Origin: Candidatus Nomurabacteria bacterium
Lineage (GTDB): Bacteria; Patescibacteriota; Minisyncoccia; Phycocordibacterales; UBA9973
NCBI GenBank assembly: GCA_026395995.1
Contig: JAPLXQ010000011.1
Coordinates: forward strand, 4,210 to 68,209
Direction of reading: 5' to 3'
DNA: 64,000 nucleotides
Shown here one piece after another: positions 47,971 to 58,291 of this stretch. Under the pieces are notes generated by a model. The model was not told where the DNA came from. It saw only the letters and a list, made by a program, of their open reading frames with translations, and ran no database searches. Position 1 is the first letter of the stretch. The number at the start of each line of letters is the position of its first letter. A program made the position numbers and the translations under genes.

Positions 47971-50900
47971 ATGGAACATATGAATAATAACAACCAAGAT
48001 AATAATAAACCTGAGAAGAAGGTTTTTAAAGCAGTCGTTGTTGATACTACTGACGTGATGAAAGCCGAAGCACGTGATGTGGCTGATGAAAAGATGACAA
48101 TGGAGCCACCTAAAAATCCTGAAGACTTAAAGGGTATTAAAAAGTTTTTTAAGAGTGAATTTTGGAGTCGTGCAGGTACAAAGATTTGGAAGCATGGAAT
48201 AATGCGCGAGTATTTTCATAATAAAGAAATTTACAAAGCTCGTAAGAAAATTTTAGATAGTGGCAATATGTATGCTGGTGAAGGAGAGGATCAAGTCGTT
48301 CACGATAAATTCGTATCTGACCTTATGGATCAATTTTCTTCTGAATATGATGAAGTCATACACACTGAAGCTGGAGAAATGAGGAAAGTGATGGATGGTA
48401 AGAAAGATAATGCTGATGAAAACAGAAAAGAAGAATCTGTCAAAGCTTATGTCAAAGAAAAAATAAAAGAATATGCTCAAGGTAAAATATCTGAAGCAGG
48501 TTTTTTGGAATGGGAAAAACATTTGTTTGGTCAATTGAAGGGGAGTATAGAAGGAAAGCAAATTCGTACAGAGGTGATGCATTCTTCAAACTTATTGCAA
48601 ATTGCAAAACAAATAAAACTCTCCATGGAAAATGGTGAAATCTTGAAAGATGAAGATTTTGAAATTGATGTCATTTATGGAAAATCAAAAGCTGGTGTAC
48701 GTACAGAAGCTAAATATACCAATGCTGAAAAATGGGCAGAAAAAATGGCTGGAACAAAGATCGGTCAATTTGTAAATGAGACTACTATCTCAGTAGCTAT
48801 TGCTGCTGCGACAAGTCTTTCTAAAAAACTTTCGACAATGCTAGCCAATAGTAAAATAGCTCAAGTGGTGACATTTGGGGGTACAGCAACTCTAGCTGCT
48901 TTTGTAGCTAAGAGTCGTAAAGAAAGAGAAATGATTCAGAATCGCACTCATCACAGTCGTGATATGGCGAAAGGAAAAGATTTTCATGATAATGATGTAA
49001 ATAGAAAAGAAATGGAAGCTTTTCGATTGCCGACAGTCTCTGCTAATTCTCTAGTAGAAGGAATTAAAAGTATTTTAGATCCAATTAAATCTGGAGATCA
49101 AAGTATTACACCTGAAATATTATCAAGTGCCTTGGTCGCACTTTCTGACCTAGAAACTAGAATTCATTTATCAGATAAGCAAGGTATCGATCTTATTGAC
49201 TATTCAGATCCTAAAAAGGTCGTAGCAGAAAGAAAAGCATTAGACATTGAAAGATCTAAGTTAAAAGTAGAGCTTAGAAAAATGCATCAAGAAGGAAAAC
49301 TTCCTATTCCAGAGGGTACAACTTTTGATAATTACTTAAATTCATTAATTGCTACTCAAGAAAATGCAATTACTAATGATCAAGAAAAGGGTATTAATGC
49401 TAAAGACGTTGCTTTCAACAAAATGAAAACAAGTGAAGGTTGGAAAGCTTTCCGAACAGGATTCGTATCTAGTCTAGTTATTGGTTCAGTCGCTCAAGAA
49501 GCAATATCTATGGGCACAGGAAGAATTGGAATTGTCGAAGATTTAATGCATAAGAATTTTAATGGAGAGAACGTCGGTGGAGTACAAAATTTGACTGCGA
49601 TCGCAGCCTTGAAACATTACTTTACCGGAGACTTAAATTCACACTTAGGAACACCTGGAGTATTACATGACGTACGTGTCGGTGGAAATACAATGAAATT
49701 ACCAGAAGGGTTTAATTTGGTACGTAATCCAGACCATACATTTAATTTGTTAAATGGAAAAGAAGTGATTGGAAATCATTTAGCTACAAATCCTGATGGC
49801 ACATTTAGTAAAGATGCAATAGCCGCTTTGCATAAAGGTGGAATAGAAATTAATACAAATTCTCATTACGGTAGTCATCTCGAAAAGCATACTTATTCTG
49901 ATGCAAAAGATTATATTCATGATCACCCAAAAGGTTTTCAGAAAATAAATCGTGATATGTGGTATGACAATGATACACAAGAATTTGATGAAAATGAATT
50001 GCGTACATATTGGGCAGGGGAAAATGGTACAGGTATTGATGCAAATGGAAATTATGTATTAGATGTCGGACAGATGACAACAGATGGATCTTTCCATGGT
50101 GAGTTATCTACAAATGCTCAAGATTTATTAAAAGAAGGAAAGTTGAAAATGTTATTTACTTTATCAAAAGATACTCAAGATCAAGGTATTTGGGTGGATA
50201 TTGATGAACATGGAAAAGTCATTATAGATAAAAATAGTGAACTCGCTAAATTAATGCTTTCAAAAGTAGATGGTCATGCTAATTTTCATGGAGCTTTTGG
50301 TGAGGTAGCACAAGTGATGGATAATGGACAAGTGCGACCACTCGGAACAATGGTAGGAGAAGGTTTTAAAGAATATGATACTTATACTGGTGCCGTTGAT
50401 AAAATTAGTGAAACAAAATTCGCTATACCAGGTGAGTATGATTACAGATTACCACCACCTATCATGGTAGTTCCTGGTAAGCCATTAGAGCCTGCTAGAA
50501 AAGCTGAAAAACAAGAAGATAAAAAACCAGCTAAAACAAAAGAACAAGGTCCAGATGTAGTACCTGTTCCAATAGCTTTACCAGATGAAGAAGAAACATC
50601 GACAGAATCTGTTGTTGAAAATAATGTCGAAGAAGTTCCATTTGATGAAAATATAAATAATATTTACTCAATTATGACTGATAGTCCAAAGAGATTAGAG
50701 CAAGAAATAGATACTCGAGTAGAACAATCGAAAGATTTACCTCGACGTAACAAGCAAGCCTTTATGGTTTTTGAATCAAATCCAGAAAAAGCAGATGGAA
50801 TCAAAAAGAGAATGGAAGAATTGAAAGAAAAATATCCTACAGCTCATTTTGAATTTATAACACCAAATAAAGAAGATAAGGAAAAATTAACTGATAATGA

Positions 50901-51000
50901 TAAAACTGAAGATTATATGAAAAATATAGTTAAGACAAAAATGGAAAAAGCTGGTCTTAATGAAGATGATGTTATGAATGTCACTGCAAAATATAAATAA
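47971..51000 (+). CDS. large hypothetical protein (1009 aa) with central hydrophobic segment
   Basis: Long uninterrupted ORF, charged N-terminal region, no recognisable enzymatic motifs. Confidence 0.5.
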   Translation: MEHMNNNNQDNNKPEKKVFKAVVVDTTDVMKAEARDVADEKMTMEPPKNPEDLKGIKKFFKSEFWSRAGTKIWKHGIMREYFHNKEIYKARKKILDSGNMYAGEGEDQVVHDKFVSDLMDQFSSEYDEVIHTEAGEMRKVMDGKKDNADENRKEESVKAYVKEKIKEYAQGKISEAGFLEWEKHLFGQLKGSIEGKQIRTEVMHSSNLLQIAKQIKLSMENGEILKDEDFEIDVIYGKSKAGVRTEAKYTNAEKWAEKMAGTKIGQFVNETTISVAIAAATSLSKKLSTMLANSKIAQVVTFGGTATLAAFVAKSRKEREMIQNRTHHSRDMAKGKDFHDNDVNRKEMEAFRLPTVSANSLVEGIKSILDPIKSGDQSITPEILSSALVALSDLETRIHLSDKQGIDLIDYSDPKKVVAERKALDIERSKLKVELRKMHQEGKLPIPEGTTFDNYLNSLIATQENAITNDQEKGINAKDVAFNKMKTSEGWKAFRTGFVSSLVIGSVAQEAISMGTGRIGIVEDLMHKNFNGENVGGVQNLTAIAALKHYFTGDLNSHLGTPGVLHDVRVGGNTMKLPEGFNLVRNPDHTFNLLNGKEVIGNHLATNPDGTFSKDAIAALHKGGIEINTNSHYGSHLEKHTYSDAKDYIHDHPKGFQKINRDMWYDNDTQEFDENELRTYWAGENGTGIDANGNYVLDVGQMTTDGSFHGELSTNAQDLLKEGKLKMLFTLSKDTQDQGIWVDIDEHGKVIIDKNSELAKLMLSKVDGHANFHGAFGEVAQVMDNGQVRPLGTMVGEGFKEYDTYTGAVDKISETKFAIPGEYDYRLPPPIMVVPGKPLEPARKAEKQEDKKPAKTKEQGPDVVPVPIALPDEEETSTESVVENNVEEVPFDENINNIYSIMTDSPKRLEQEIDTRVEQSKDLPRRNKQAFMVFESNPEKADGIKKRMEELKEKYPTAHFEFITPNKEDKEKLTDNDKTEDYMKNIVKTKMEKAGLNEDDVMNVTAKYK

Positions 51001-51048
51001 TTAGTCCTTTTTATATTTAGTAGTTTTATTAATTTAAAAAATAAATTT

Positions 51049-51378
51049 ATGGGAGAAATAAAACCAGAATGGAAAGTAGAAGACAATAAGGGGAATGTGA
51101 CTCCGTATGTGCCAGAAGAAAAAAAAGAAGAAGTTAAAAAACCAGAACAATCAACTGAATCTAAAGAAGCTAAAAAAGAAAAAGAAAAAGGTATGATTGC
51201 TTCTGTTCTTGGAAAAATTAAAGAAGCATTTAAAAATATGGAAGATAAAAAACAAGCAATAGCTGATGCTTATAGAAAGAACGATGAAGCTAATAATTTA
51301 TCAGCCATTAGAGATGAATTAAAAAATTCAGGTGTAACAAAGAAGGATCTCGAAGACCGAGGTCAAGTCTATAGATAA
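51049..51378 (+). CDS. hypothetical Lys/Glu-rich small protein
   Basis: 109 aa ORF followed by a terminator at 51385-51418. Confidence 0.4.
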   Translation: MGEIKPEWKVEDNKGNVTPYVPEEKKEEVKKPEQSTESKEAKKEKEKGMIASVLGKIKEAFKNMEDKKQAIADAYRKNDEANNLSAIRDELKNSGVTKKDLEDRGQVYR

Positions 51379-51434
51379 ACAACAAAAAAATCCCCGCCAG
51401 CTGGTGGGGATTTTTTTGTTGTTTGCGAATCGAG

Positions 51435-51835
51435 TGGAGATGGGGAGAATTGAACTCCCGTGCAAAAGGGATGTGTAAAGAATTCTACATACGTAGTTTA
51501 CTTATTTGTTTAAATTAAAAAACTATTAAGTATACGAAATATTTTTTAATCGATTTCCTTTATTTTACTCGAGTGTCGGATCAGTCACTCAAACTATCCC
51601 GATAATATTATGCCTCACTCTATCTATCGGAAGTCGATAGAGGAGACACCAGACCGGCCAGTTATGTTAGGCGAGTGCTGGAACAAAAGAGAAGTCAGCC
51701 ATACCGAAGTATGGAGATACGCTTTTGTTTGAAGTCAATTTTGCAATTAACATTTAGACGAATTTTTACGAGATTACGTCAATACTCGGCACGCATCAAT
51801 AGCACATATTCCTCTTGTCTATGCCTTGCATCCCC
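51435..51835 (-). ncRNA. ssrA: tmRNA (SsrA)
   Basis: On the minus strand. 5' GGGGAUGCAAGG... acceptor arm pairs with 3' ...CAUCUCC-A. T-arm is GGGAG-UUCAAUU-CUCCC. UGCCGAG...CUCGUAAAAA PK1-like region. Candidate tag ORF ...GCU GAC UUC UCU UUU GUU CCA GCA CUC GCC UAA (ADFSFVPALA*). Adjacent to smpB. Confidence 0.7.
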
Positions 51836-51872
51836 AAATATCGATGAAAAATTTTACAAAAATTTTTCATCC

Positions 51873-51942
51873 ACCTAACCCTCTCCTTTATAAGGAGAGG
51901 GTGCCTCTACTGAGGCGGGTGAGGTGTGGGCGAGGGGGTCTC
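51873..51942. repeat. GC-rich palindromic repeat (CACCTAACCCTCTCCTTTATAAGGAGAGGG ... GGTGAGGTG ... GGGGG)
   Basis: Family member between smpB and ssrA. Confidence 0.8.
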
Positions 51943-52386
51943 TTAATTTTTCAAAGTTCTTTGCATTTCACGATCTGTTTCACGCTTTTTTGTCGTTTCG
52001 CGTTTATCAAATTGTTTTTTTCCTTTCACTAAAGCAATATTCACTTTAATCTTGGAGCCTTTATTGTACACTGAAAGTGGTACTATAGTCAAACTCTTAT
52101 TTTTCTCACTTCCACCGAGCTCAGCAATTTCTTTTTGAGTTAAAAGAAGTTTTCTATTACGGAGTGGGTCATAAGAAGAGGGTGCATTGGCCATTTGGTA
52201 GGGAGGAATATTGGAATTAATAATAAATGCCTCAGCTCCACGCACGATCACGAAAGCTCCTTCGAGTGACATTCGTCCGCCACGGACTGATTTTACTTCT
52301 GTTCCCAAAAGCTCAATACCAGCCTCATATTTCTCAAGGATTTCATAATCAAAACGAGCCTTTCTATTTTCTGCATAATTTGCCAT
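51943..52386 (-). CDS. smpB: SsrA-binding protein SmpB
   Basis: 147 aa; canonical SmpB sequence (RKARFDYEILEKYEAGIEL...). Confidence 0.93.
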   Translation of the reverse strand: MANYAENRKARFDYEILEKYEAGIELLGTEVKSVRGGRMSLEGAFVIVRGAEAFIINSNIPPYQMANAPSSYDPLRNRKLLLTQKEIAELGGSEKNKSLTIVPLSVYNKGSKIKVNIALVKGKKQFDKRETTKKRETDREMQRTLKN

Positions 52387-52502
52387 GGCTATATTTTAGC
52401 ATTTATATTGGTTTTTGCCTTATTTTATCTATACAACAATCCTTGACTTTTTCATAGGATTAATCTATAATAGAACAAAAGTTAATTGATAAATAAAAAA
52501 CC

Positions 52503-53660
52503 ATGGCAAATACAGTAGTGATTTATGATCCAGACAAAACTGGTGAAAATGAAGAAATTAATTCTAAAAAATGGGTGGACCCTGAGGAAATAATCGGTCT
52601 TTTTGTATTAGTTCTCAAAGAGACTTACAATAAGTTCTTGTTCACAGAGCCTAGTGTCAGAAAAGATTTAGATGGTCTTTCTCTTCTTGGTTGTGTAAAT
52701 GCAACAAAAAGGGAATTCAACTCAATCAAAAAAGAGATTGAAAAAGATTTTGGTATTTTTTGTATAGCTCAAAATTCGAGTTATGGCGAGAAGTGTACAG
52801 ATTTTTTTGTCATCACCAATGAGGTAGCAGAATATCTTTATTGGGTTCATAATGGTAATTTTTCTTCGATTGTTTTATTGGATCTTCTTTCCGATAAAGT
52901 ATTAGTTGAAAGAGTTAAAAAAGAATTGGAAACGATTGATTTTCAAAAGAAAAAAAATAGTAAAAATAGTAATAAACAAAGACAAAAAATCAAGCAAAAA
53001 ATGGCAAAAACAAATGCAAAAAATGCGCTCACTTTAGAAGTGAATAAGCTATTAAAAGACTTTCCTAACTGTAAAGTAAAAGGAGGTAAACCATTACCGG
53101 AAGGTGAAATGTACCTACAGGTGCACACCGTTGGTCTTAAAAGGACAAACATTGCTGTTTCGAAAGGGACAGAAACAGAAAAGAAAATGATTATTGATTT
53201 GTTAAAACACTTTTTTAAAGGTCAGTGTGGTGACAACTTTGGTTATGAAAAAGGGCGCAAAGGTACAACTCTGACTGTTTCAATCGAAGGTTTTGAAAAT
53301 CAGAACTTTGTGGAAAAACCAAAGAAAACAAAGAAAGAAAAAGTGGTTAAAGTGAAAAAAGTTAAACCGGCTAAAGTGGCAAAAGCGAAAACAACTAAAG
53401 TAACCTTAAAGGCTGAACATGAGACTGAAAAGAATATTTTAGTTAAATTTGTTCGTTCCTTAAGTAAGGAACAGCAAGATTATTTTATTACCCAATTGGA
53501 TTTAGATTTATTGACAGACAAATCCGCTGTGGTAAAAGAAATTTCGAAAGATTTCTACTTTGTTCCTAAGAGTGCAAGTGTTAGGAAATCATTTAATCCG
53601 GCAATTTTTGTTGACCCGGAAAAAGTGGCTGAGATGGTTAACAGGAAAAAGAAAAAGTAA
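52503..53660 (+). CDS. hypothetical protein with histone H1-like Lys-rich repeat region
   Basis: KKTKKEKVVKVKKVKPAKVAKAKTTK tract; otherwise no motifs. Confidence 0.45.
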   Translation: MANTVVIYDPDKTGENEEINSKKWVDPEEIIGLFVLVLKETYNKFLFTEPSVRKDLDGLSLLGCVNATKREFNSIKKEIEKDFGIFCIAQNSSYGEKCTDFFVITNEVAEYLYWVHNGNFSSIVLLDLLSDKVLVERVKKELETIDFQKKKNSKNSNKQRQKIKQKMAKTNAKNALTLEVNKLLKDFPNCKVKGGKPLPEGEMYLQVHTVGLKRTNIAVSKGTETEKKMIIDLLKHFFKGQCGDNFGYEKGRKGTTLTVSIEGFENQNFVEKPKKTKKEKVVKVKKVKPAKVAKAKTTKVTLKAEHETEKNILVKFVRSLSKEQQDYFITQLDLDLLTDKSAVVKEISKDFYFVPKSASVRKSFNPAIFVDPEKVAEMVNRKKKK

Positions 53661-53809
53661 GAGTAAACCACCCAAACATCGGGTGGTTTTTTTATTTTGA
53701 CAAATGAGGAGCAATACAAAAGTGTACTCATTTTTATATTGTCCGAGTGCTGTCAAAAGAAGCTTAGCTTATTTGTCTAAATTTTCATTTTTTCATTTTT
53801 TATGCTATT

Positions 53810-55741
53810 GTGATAAGTATGAATTTTAATTTTTTAAACCAAAATAATAAAGAAAATAAGGATATTAAAAAGGATAAGGACGGGAAAGAGGGAGGGTCTT
53901 TTTCAAAAAATATAGCTGGAATGGTTTTGATTTTTATGATTATTACAGCCTTATATTTAGTCGTATCTGGAAACGTAAAAGAAATACCTCAAGTTTCTAT
54001 TTCTGATTTAGCAAAAAGTGTACAAAGTGGAGAAGTAAAAAATATTGATGTCGCAGGAGAGAATTTAACTATTTCATATGTAAATGGAGATACAAAAGAA
54101 GCCAAGAAAGAAGTAGAAGCATCACTCTCTCAAACTTTGTTTAATTACGGAGTAAAACCAGAACAACTAGCCAAGACAAACATAGAAGTGAAAAATGAAA
54201 GTGGCTTTGGTTACTGGTTATTAAATATTTTACCTTTTGCTTTACCTATTCTTATTATAATTTTTTTCTTTTGGTATTTATCTCGTAGTGTAAAGGGTGC
54301 AGGGATGCAAGCTTTTTCTTTTGGACAATCAAAAGCTCGTATTACTGATCCAAATGATAAAAACAATAAAGTCACTTTTAAAGATGTCGCCGGAAATAAA
54401 GAAGCGAAACAAGAACTTTCTGAAATCGTAGACTTTTTGAAAAATCCTAAAAAGTTTTTAGATATCGGTGCAAGAATTCCAAAAGGTGTAATGCTAAACG
54501 GTGCTCCTGGAACAGGAAAGACATTGCTCGCTCGGGCTGTAGCAGGGGAAGCCGGTGTGCCATTTTTTCATTTGTCTGGTTCTGAATTCGTAGAAATGTT
54601 TGTCGGTGTAGGAGCAAGCCGTGTGCGTGATCTTTTTAAAATGGCCAAAAAAGCAGCTCCAGCAATTATTTTCGTCGATGAAATAGACGCTGTCGGACGT
54701 GTACGTGGTGGTGGTTATGGAGGGGGTAATGATGAACGTGAACAAACATTGAACCAAATTCTCGTAGAAATGGATGGCTTTGAACCAAATGAAAAAGTCA
54801 TAGTAATGGCGGCGACAAATCGCCCAGATGTCCTCGATCCAGCACTACTTCGCCCAGGACGTTTTGATCGTCGTGTAATGCTAGACCTTCCTGATCGTGC
54901 CGACCGTGAAGAAATTTTGAGAATTCATGCAATAAAGAAACCACTTGCTGAAGATGTGAATTTTACTGTAATAGCAGAACGCACACCAGGATTCTCTGGA
55001 GCAGATCTATATTCACTTATGAATGAAGGTGCAATCCTTGCTGCTCGTGAAGCTCGTAAAAAAGTTTTTCAATTCGACCTTATTCGCGCAATAGAAAAAG
55101 TAATGCTCGGCCCTGAGAGAAAGAGTCATTTGCTTTCTAAAAAAGAAAAAGAAATTACTGCCTACCATGAAGCCGGCCACGCACTCGTTGCATCAGTTCT
55201 GCCTTATGCTGATCCAGTGCACAAGGTTTCAATCGTGGCTCGTGGCTCAGCTGGTGGATACACACTCAAGCTTCCACTCGAAGATAGAAAATTGCAAAGT
55301 AGAAAAGAATTCATAGATGATATTGCAATGTCGATGGGGGGTTATGTCGCCGAGAAAATGATTTTTGGAGATATTACCACTGGTCCTTCCTCTGATTTAC
55401 AAGGTGCTACACGTCTTGCACGAGCTATGGTGACACGATGGGGAATGAGCGATCTTGTAGGACCTGTCGTCTTTACTGAAGATGTCGGTAATCAAAAATG
55501 GGGAGGCGGAAGTGAAAAAGATTATTCAGAAGAAGTCGCTAGTAGAATTGATAGTGAAGTAAAAAGAATAGTGACAGATGGAATAAAGTCTGCAGAAAAA
55601 GTTTTAACTGATCATCGAAAAGCTCTCGATGCTATTGCAAATGCTTTGATAGATGTAGAAACACTTGAACAAGCTGATTATGAAAAGATAATAATAGCGA
55701 ATGGAATTTTGCCTAAAAAGAAGGAAAGTGATATAAAGTAA
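53810..55741 (+). CDS. ftsH: ATP-dependent zinc metalloprotease FtsH
   Basis: N-terminal TM helices, AAA+ [13 protein letters not shown] Walker A, SRH, and HEAGHALV zinc site. Confidence 0.96.
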   Translation: MISMNFNFLNQNNKENKDIKKDKDGKEGGSFSKNIAGMVLIFMIITALYLVVSGNVKEIPQVSISDLAKSVQSGEVKNIDVAGENLTISYVNGDTKEAKKEVEASLSQTLFNYGVKPEQLAKTNIEVKNESGFGYWLLNILPFALPILIIIFFFWYLSRSVKGAGMQAFSFGQSKARITDPNDKNNKVTFKDVAGNKEAKQELSEIVDFLKNPKKFLDIGARIPKGVMLNGAPGTGKTLLARAVAGEAGVPFFHLSGSEFVEMFVGVGASRVRDLFKMAKKAAPAIIFVDEIDAVGRVRGGGYGGGNDEREQTLNQILVEMDGFEPNEKVIVMAATNRPDVLDPALLRPGRFDRRVMLDLPDRADREEILRIHAIKKPLAEDVNFTVIAERTPGFSGADLYSLMNEGAILAAREARKKVFQFDLIRAIEKVMLGPERKSHLLSKKEKEITAYHEAGHALVASVLPYADPVHKVSIVARGSAGGYTLKLPLEDRKLQSRKEFIDDIAMSMGGYVAEKMIFGDITTGPSSDLQGATRLARAMVTRWGMSDLVGPVVFTEDVGNQKWGGGSEKDYSEEVASRIDSEVKRIVTDGIKSAEKVLTDHRKALDAIANALIDVETLEQADYEKIIIANGILPKKKESDIK

Positions 55742-55854
55742 TTAACCAAACAAAATTCTTTTAAAAAGAATTTTGTTCATCCGCCCTTAGCTGTTTTGGC
55801 TAGGCGAAAAGTGGTAGAATAGTTTTAGTTGTTTTCTATGATAAACAACTGTAA

Positions 55855-55928
55855 CCGCCCTTAGCTCAGTTGGTTAGAGCACAGAGCTTATACCTCTGGG
55901 GTCCATGGTTCGAATCCATGAGGGCGGA
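55855..55928 (+). tRNA. tRNA-Ile (anticodon UAU)
   Basis: Cloverleaf: acceptor CCGCCCT/AGGGCGG, D-arm GCTCAGTTGGTTAGAGC, anticodon stem CAGAG/CTCTG with loop CTTATAC, T-arm CATGG-TTCGAAT-CCATG, discriminator A. Confidence 0.7.
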
Positions 55929-55929
55929 C

Positions 55930-58272
55930 ATGTTTGAATTATATAAACGCGTATTACCTAGTATATTTCCTATACTTTTTAGTAATATAGTTATTCTAGT
56001 AAATGGTATTATTTTTGGAGTTGTTGTTTTGCTTTATATTTTTGGAAATAAACAGGCAGCATTATTTATCGGAATTGTTTTTATTGTAAATATTCTGCTC
56101 GGTGTAATTCAAGATATTCGTGCGCGAGTTATACTTGAGCGTTTACAAATGCTCACAGCACTTCATGCTATACGTTTGAATAAAGATAATAATGAAGAAG
56201 ATATTTTAGCTGAAAAGTTAATAATTGGAGATAAAATAAAATTAAAATTAGGAGATCAGGTCCCTTGTGATGGTCTTTTAATTTCTGCAAATAATTTAGA
56301 AATATCTGAAGCACTACTCACAGGTGAGTCTGATTCTTTTCCTAAAAAAGAAAATGATAAATTGGTAGCCGGATGTATTATTACTTCTGGAAATGCAATT
56401 TTGCAAGTAGAAAATATTTTTAAAGAAAGTAGAATTTCTCGAATTACTGAAGATGCAAAAAAATACGCTTTGAATCCAAGTTCGATTCAAAGGTCTATAA
56501 ATATGGTTATAAAATACTCTGGCTTTATCCTTATCGCTAGTATTATTTTTGTTATTTTACGCGGATATTTTTTTCACGAAGAATATGTAAATATAGTGAT
56601 GCATATTGGTGCTTTGGCTAGTATTATCGTACCTCAAGGTTTGATGGTTATTACGACATTGCTTTTTACTATTGGAGCATCAAGTTATTCTAAACATAAT
56701 GTTCTTTTTCAAGAAATAAATGCGACAGAAAAATTGGGTAGAATAAAAAATCTTTGTATGGATAAGACTGGTACTTTGACTGACAATATTCTCGTTGTTG
56801 AAGATGTTTTTATGCCAGAAGGTATTTCGAAAGAAGTAGTTTTTGATTTAACTTCTCTTTATATCAATGGATCAGGAGATTCTTCTCAAACTATTTCTGC
56901 TATCGAAAAATATATTGGTGAAGAAAAAGTAAAAGAGAATGAAGTTAGTAATGCATTACCTTTTTCTTCTTGGAGACAATATGGTGCCGTTATTATTAAT
57001 GACAAATTAGGCAAAGGAACTGTTTTTGTCGGTACTGCGAGTGTTTTTTTACCACAAATAGTAAATCCTATTGAGAAAAAATGGTTAGAAGATATTTTAC
57101 AAAAAAATGCACATACAGGAAAAAGAATTTTGTGTGTTGTTCGTTCAGATGAATCTATTTTGCCTAGAGAACTTTCAAATACGAAACTTTCTGTAGTGGC
57201 TGTTTTTATTTTTGTTAATACTTTGCGTGAGGGAGTGAAAGAAGCAATTAGTTTCTTTCAAGATCGAGGAATAAAAATTAGAATTATTTCAGGAGACAAT
57301 GTGGATACTGTGCGAGCTGTGACGACTTCTGTCGGAATAAAAAATAGTGAAATAGTTATTGGAGGAGATGAAGTTTCAAAATGGAGTGATGAAGATTATG
57401 AAAAGAAAGTTCACGACTATACTGTCTTTGCTCAAATTTTACCGGAACAAAAATTAAAACTCATAGAAGCATTTAAAAAAGATGGTTTCACTGCGATGGT
57501 GGGAGATGGAGTAAATGATGCTTTAGCCATCAAGCGTGCTGACCTCGGTGTGGCGATGTTTGATGGTGCTCCGGTGACTCGCCAGCTTGCTGGTGTGGTA
57601 TTGATGAATAGTACTTTTACTGACTTACCAGGGGCTGTAGAGCTCGCAGACAACTTTATTCGTAGCATAGAGATGAATGCCGGAGTTTTTATTAACCAAA
57701 GTTTGATTGGTTTATTTTTCTTTACTATTATTTCTATTTTTGGTTATGCTTTTACTCTTACACCACTTAATATAACTTTAATAAATTATTTTACTGTAGG
57801 AATTCCAGGAATGCTTATTGGTCTCTGGGCCATACAACCATCTAGAAAAACACCACCTTCAAATGAAAAAACATTTTTAGGACAAATACTTCCTTTTGTT
57901 TTATGTTGTGCAATAGTTGAATCTATCGCTATCGCTCTCGTATTTTTTATTAGTCCGGAATATTTAAAAAATGCACAATCTAATACTTTAGTTCTATTAG
58001 GATTTATTGTTTCTGGTTTTATCTTTTTAGCTTTAGCTCCAAATGTTTATTCTTCCTCTCTTACCAGAAAAGAAAAATCTCATTTATTTGTTTTAGCTTT
58101 TGTTGAAATAATTTTAATTTTAATCTTAACAAAGGTCCCTGTATTAATTAATTTCTTTAACATTACTACTCCATTCCCAGCTATGAATTATATACTCGAA
58201 TCACTCGTAATTTTGTTTATTTTTGGAATATTCCAATATATCTTAATGAAGAGATTTTTTGTTAAAAGTTAA
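55930..58272 (+). CDS. P-type cation-transporting ATPase
   Basis: DKTGTLT phosphorylation motif, TGES, MVGDGVNDALAIKRADLGVAM hinge. Start 2 nt after the tRNA, so the tracked ORF 5' extension is spurious. Confidence 0.85.
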   Translation: MFELYKRVLPSIFPILFSNIVILVNGIIFGVVVLLYIFGNKQAALFIGIVFIVNILLGVIQDIRARVILERLQMLTALHAIRLNKDNNEEDILAEKLIIGDKIKLKLGDQVPCDGLLISANNLEISEALLTGESDSFPKKENDKLVAGCIITSGNAILQVENIFKESRISRITEDAKKYALNPSSIQRSINMVIKYSGFILIASIIFVILRGYFFHEEYVNIVMHIGALASIIVPQGLMVITTLLFTIGASSYSKHNVLFQEINATEKLGRIKNLCMDKTGTLTDNILVVEDVFMPEGISKEVVFDLTSLYINGSGDSSQTISAIEKYIGEEKVKENEVSNALPFSSWRQYGAVIINDKLGKGTVFVGTASVFLPQIVNPIEKKWLEDILQKNAHTGKRILCVVRSDESILPRELSNTKLSVVAVFIFVNTLREGVKEAISFFQDRGIKIRIISGDNVDTVRAVTTSVGIKNSEIVIGGDEVSKWSDEDYEKKVHDYTVFAQILPEQKLKLIEAFKKDGFTAMVGDGVNDALAIKRADLGVAMFDGAPVTRQLAGVVLMNSTFTDLPGAVELADNFIRSIEMNAGVFINQSLIGLFFFTIISIFGYAFTLTPLNITLINYFTVGIPGMLIGLWAIQPSRKTPPSNEKTFLGQILPFVLCCAIVESIAIALVFFISPEYLKNAQSNTLVLLGFIVSGFIFLALAPNVYSSSLTRKEKSHLFVLAFVEIILILILTKVPVLINFFNITTPFPAMNYILESLVILFIFGIFQYILMKRFFVKS

Positions 58273-58291
58273 TTTTTTGTGGTACAGTTAT

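Noticed and set aside
51675-52032. Two overlapping plus-strand ORFs (51675-51878 and 51826-52032)
   Set aside because: They lie inside the tmRNA gene and a GC-rich repeat on the opposite strand. They are low complexity and have no support.
55870-55929. 5' extension of the P-type ATPase ORF (MVRAQSLYLWGPWFESMRAD)
   Set aside because: It is the translation of the tRNA-Ile gene. The ATPase starts at the ATG at 55930.
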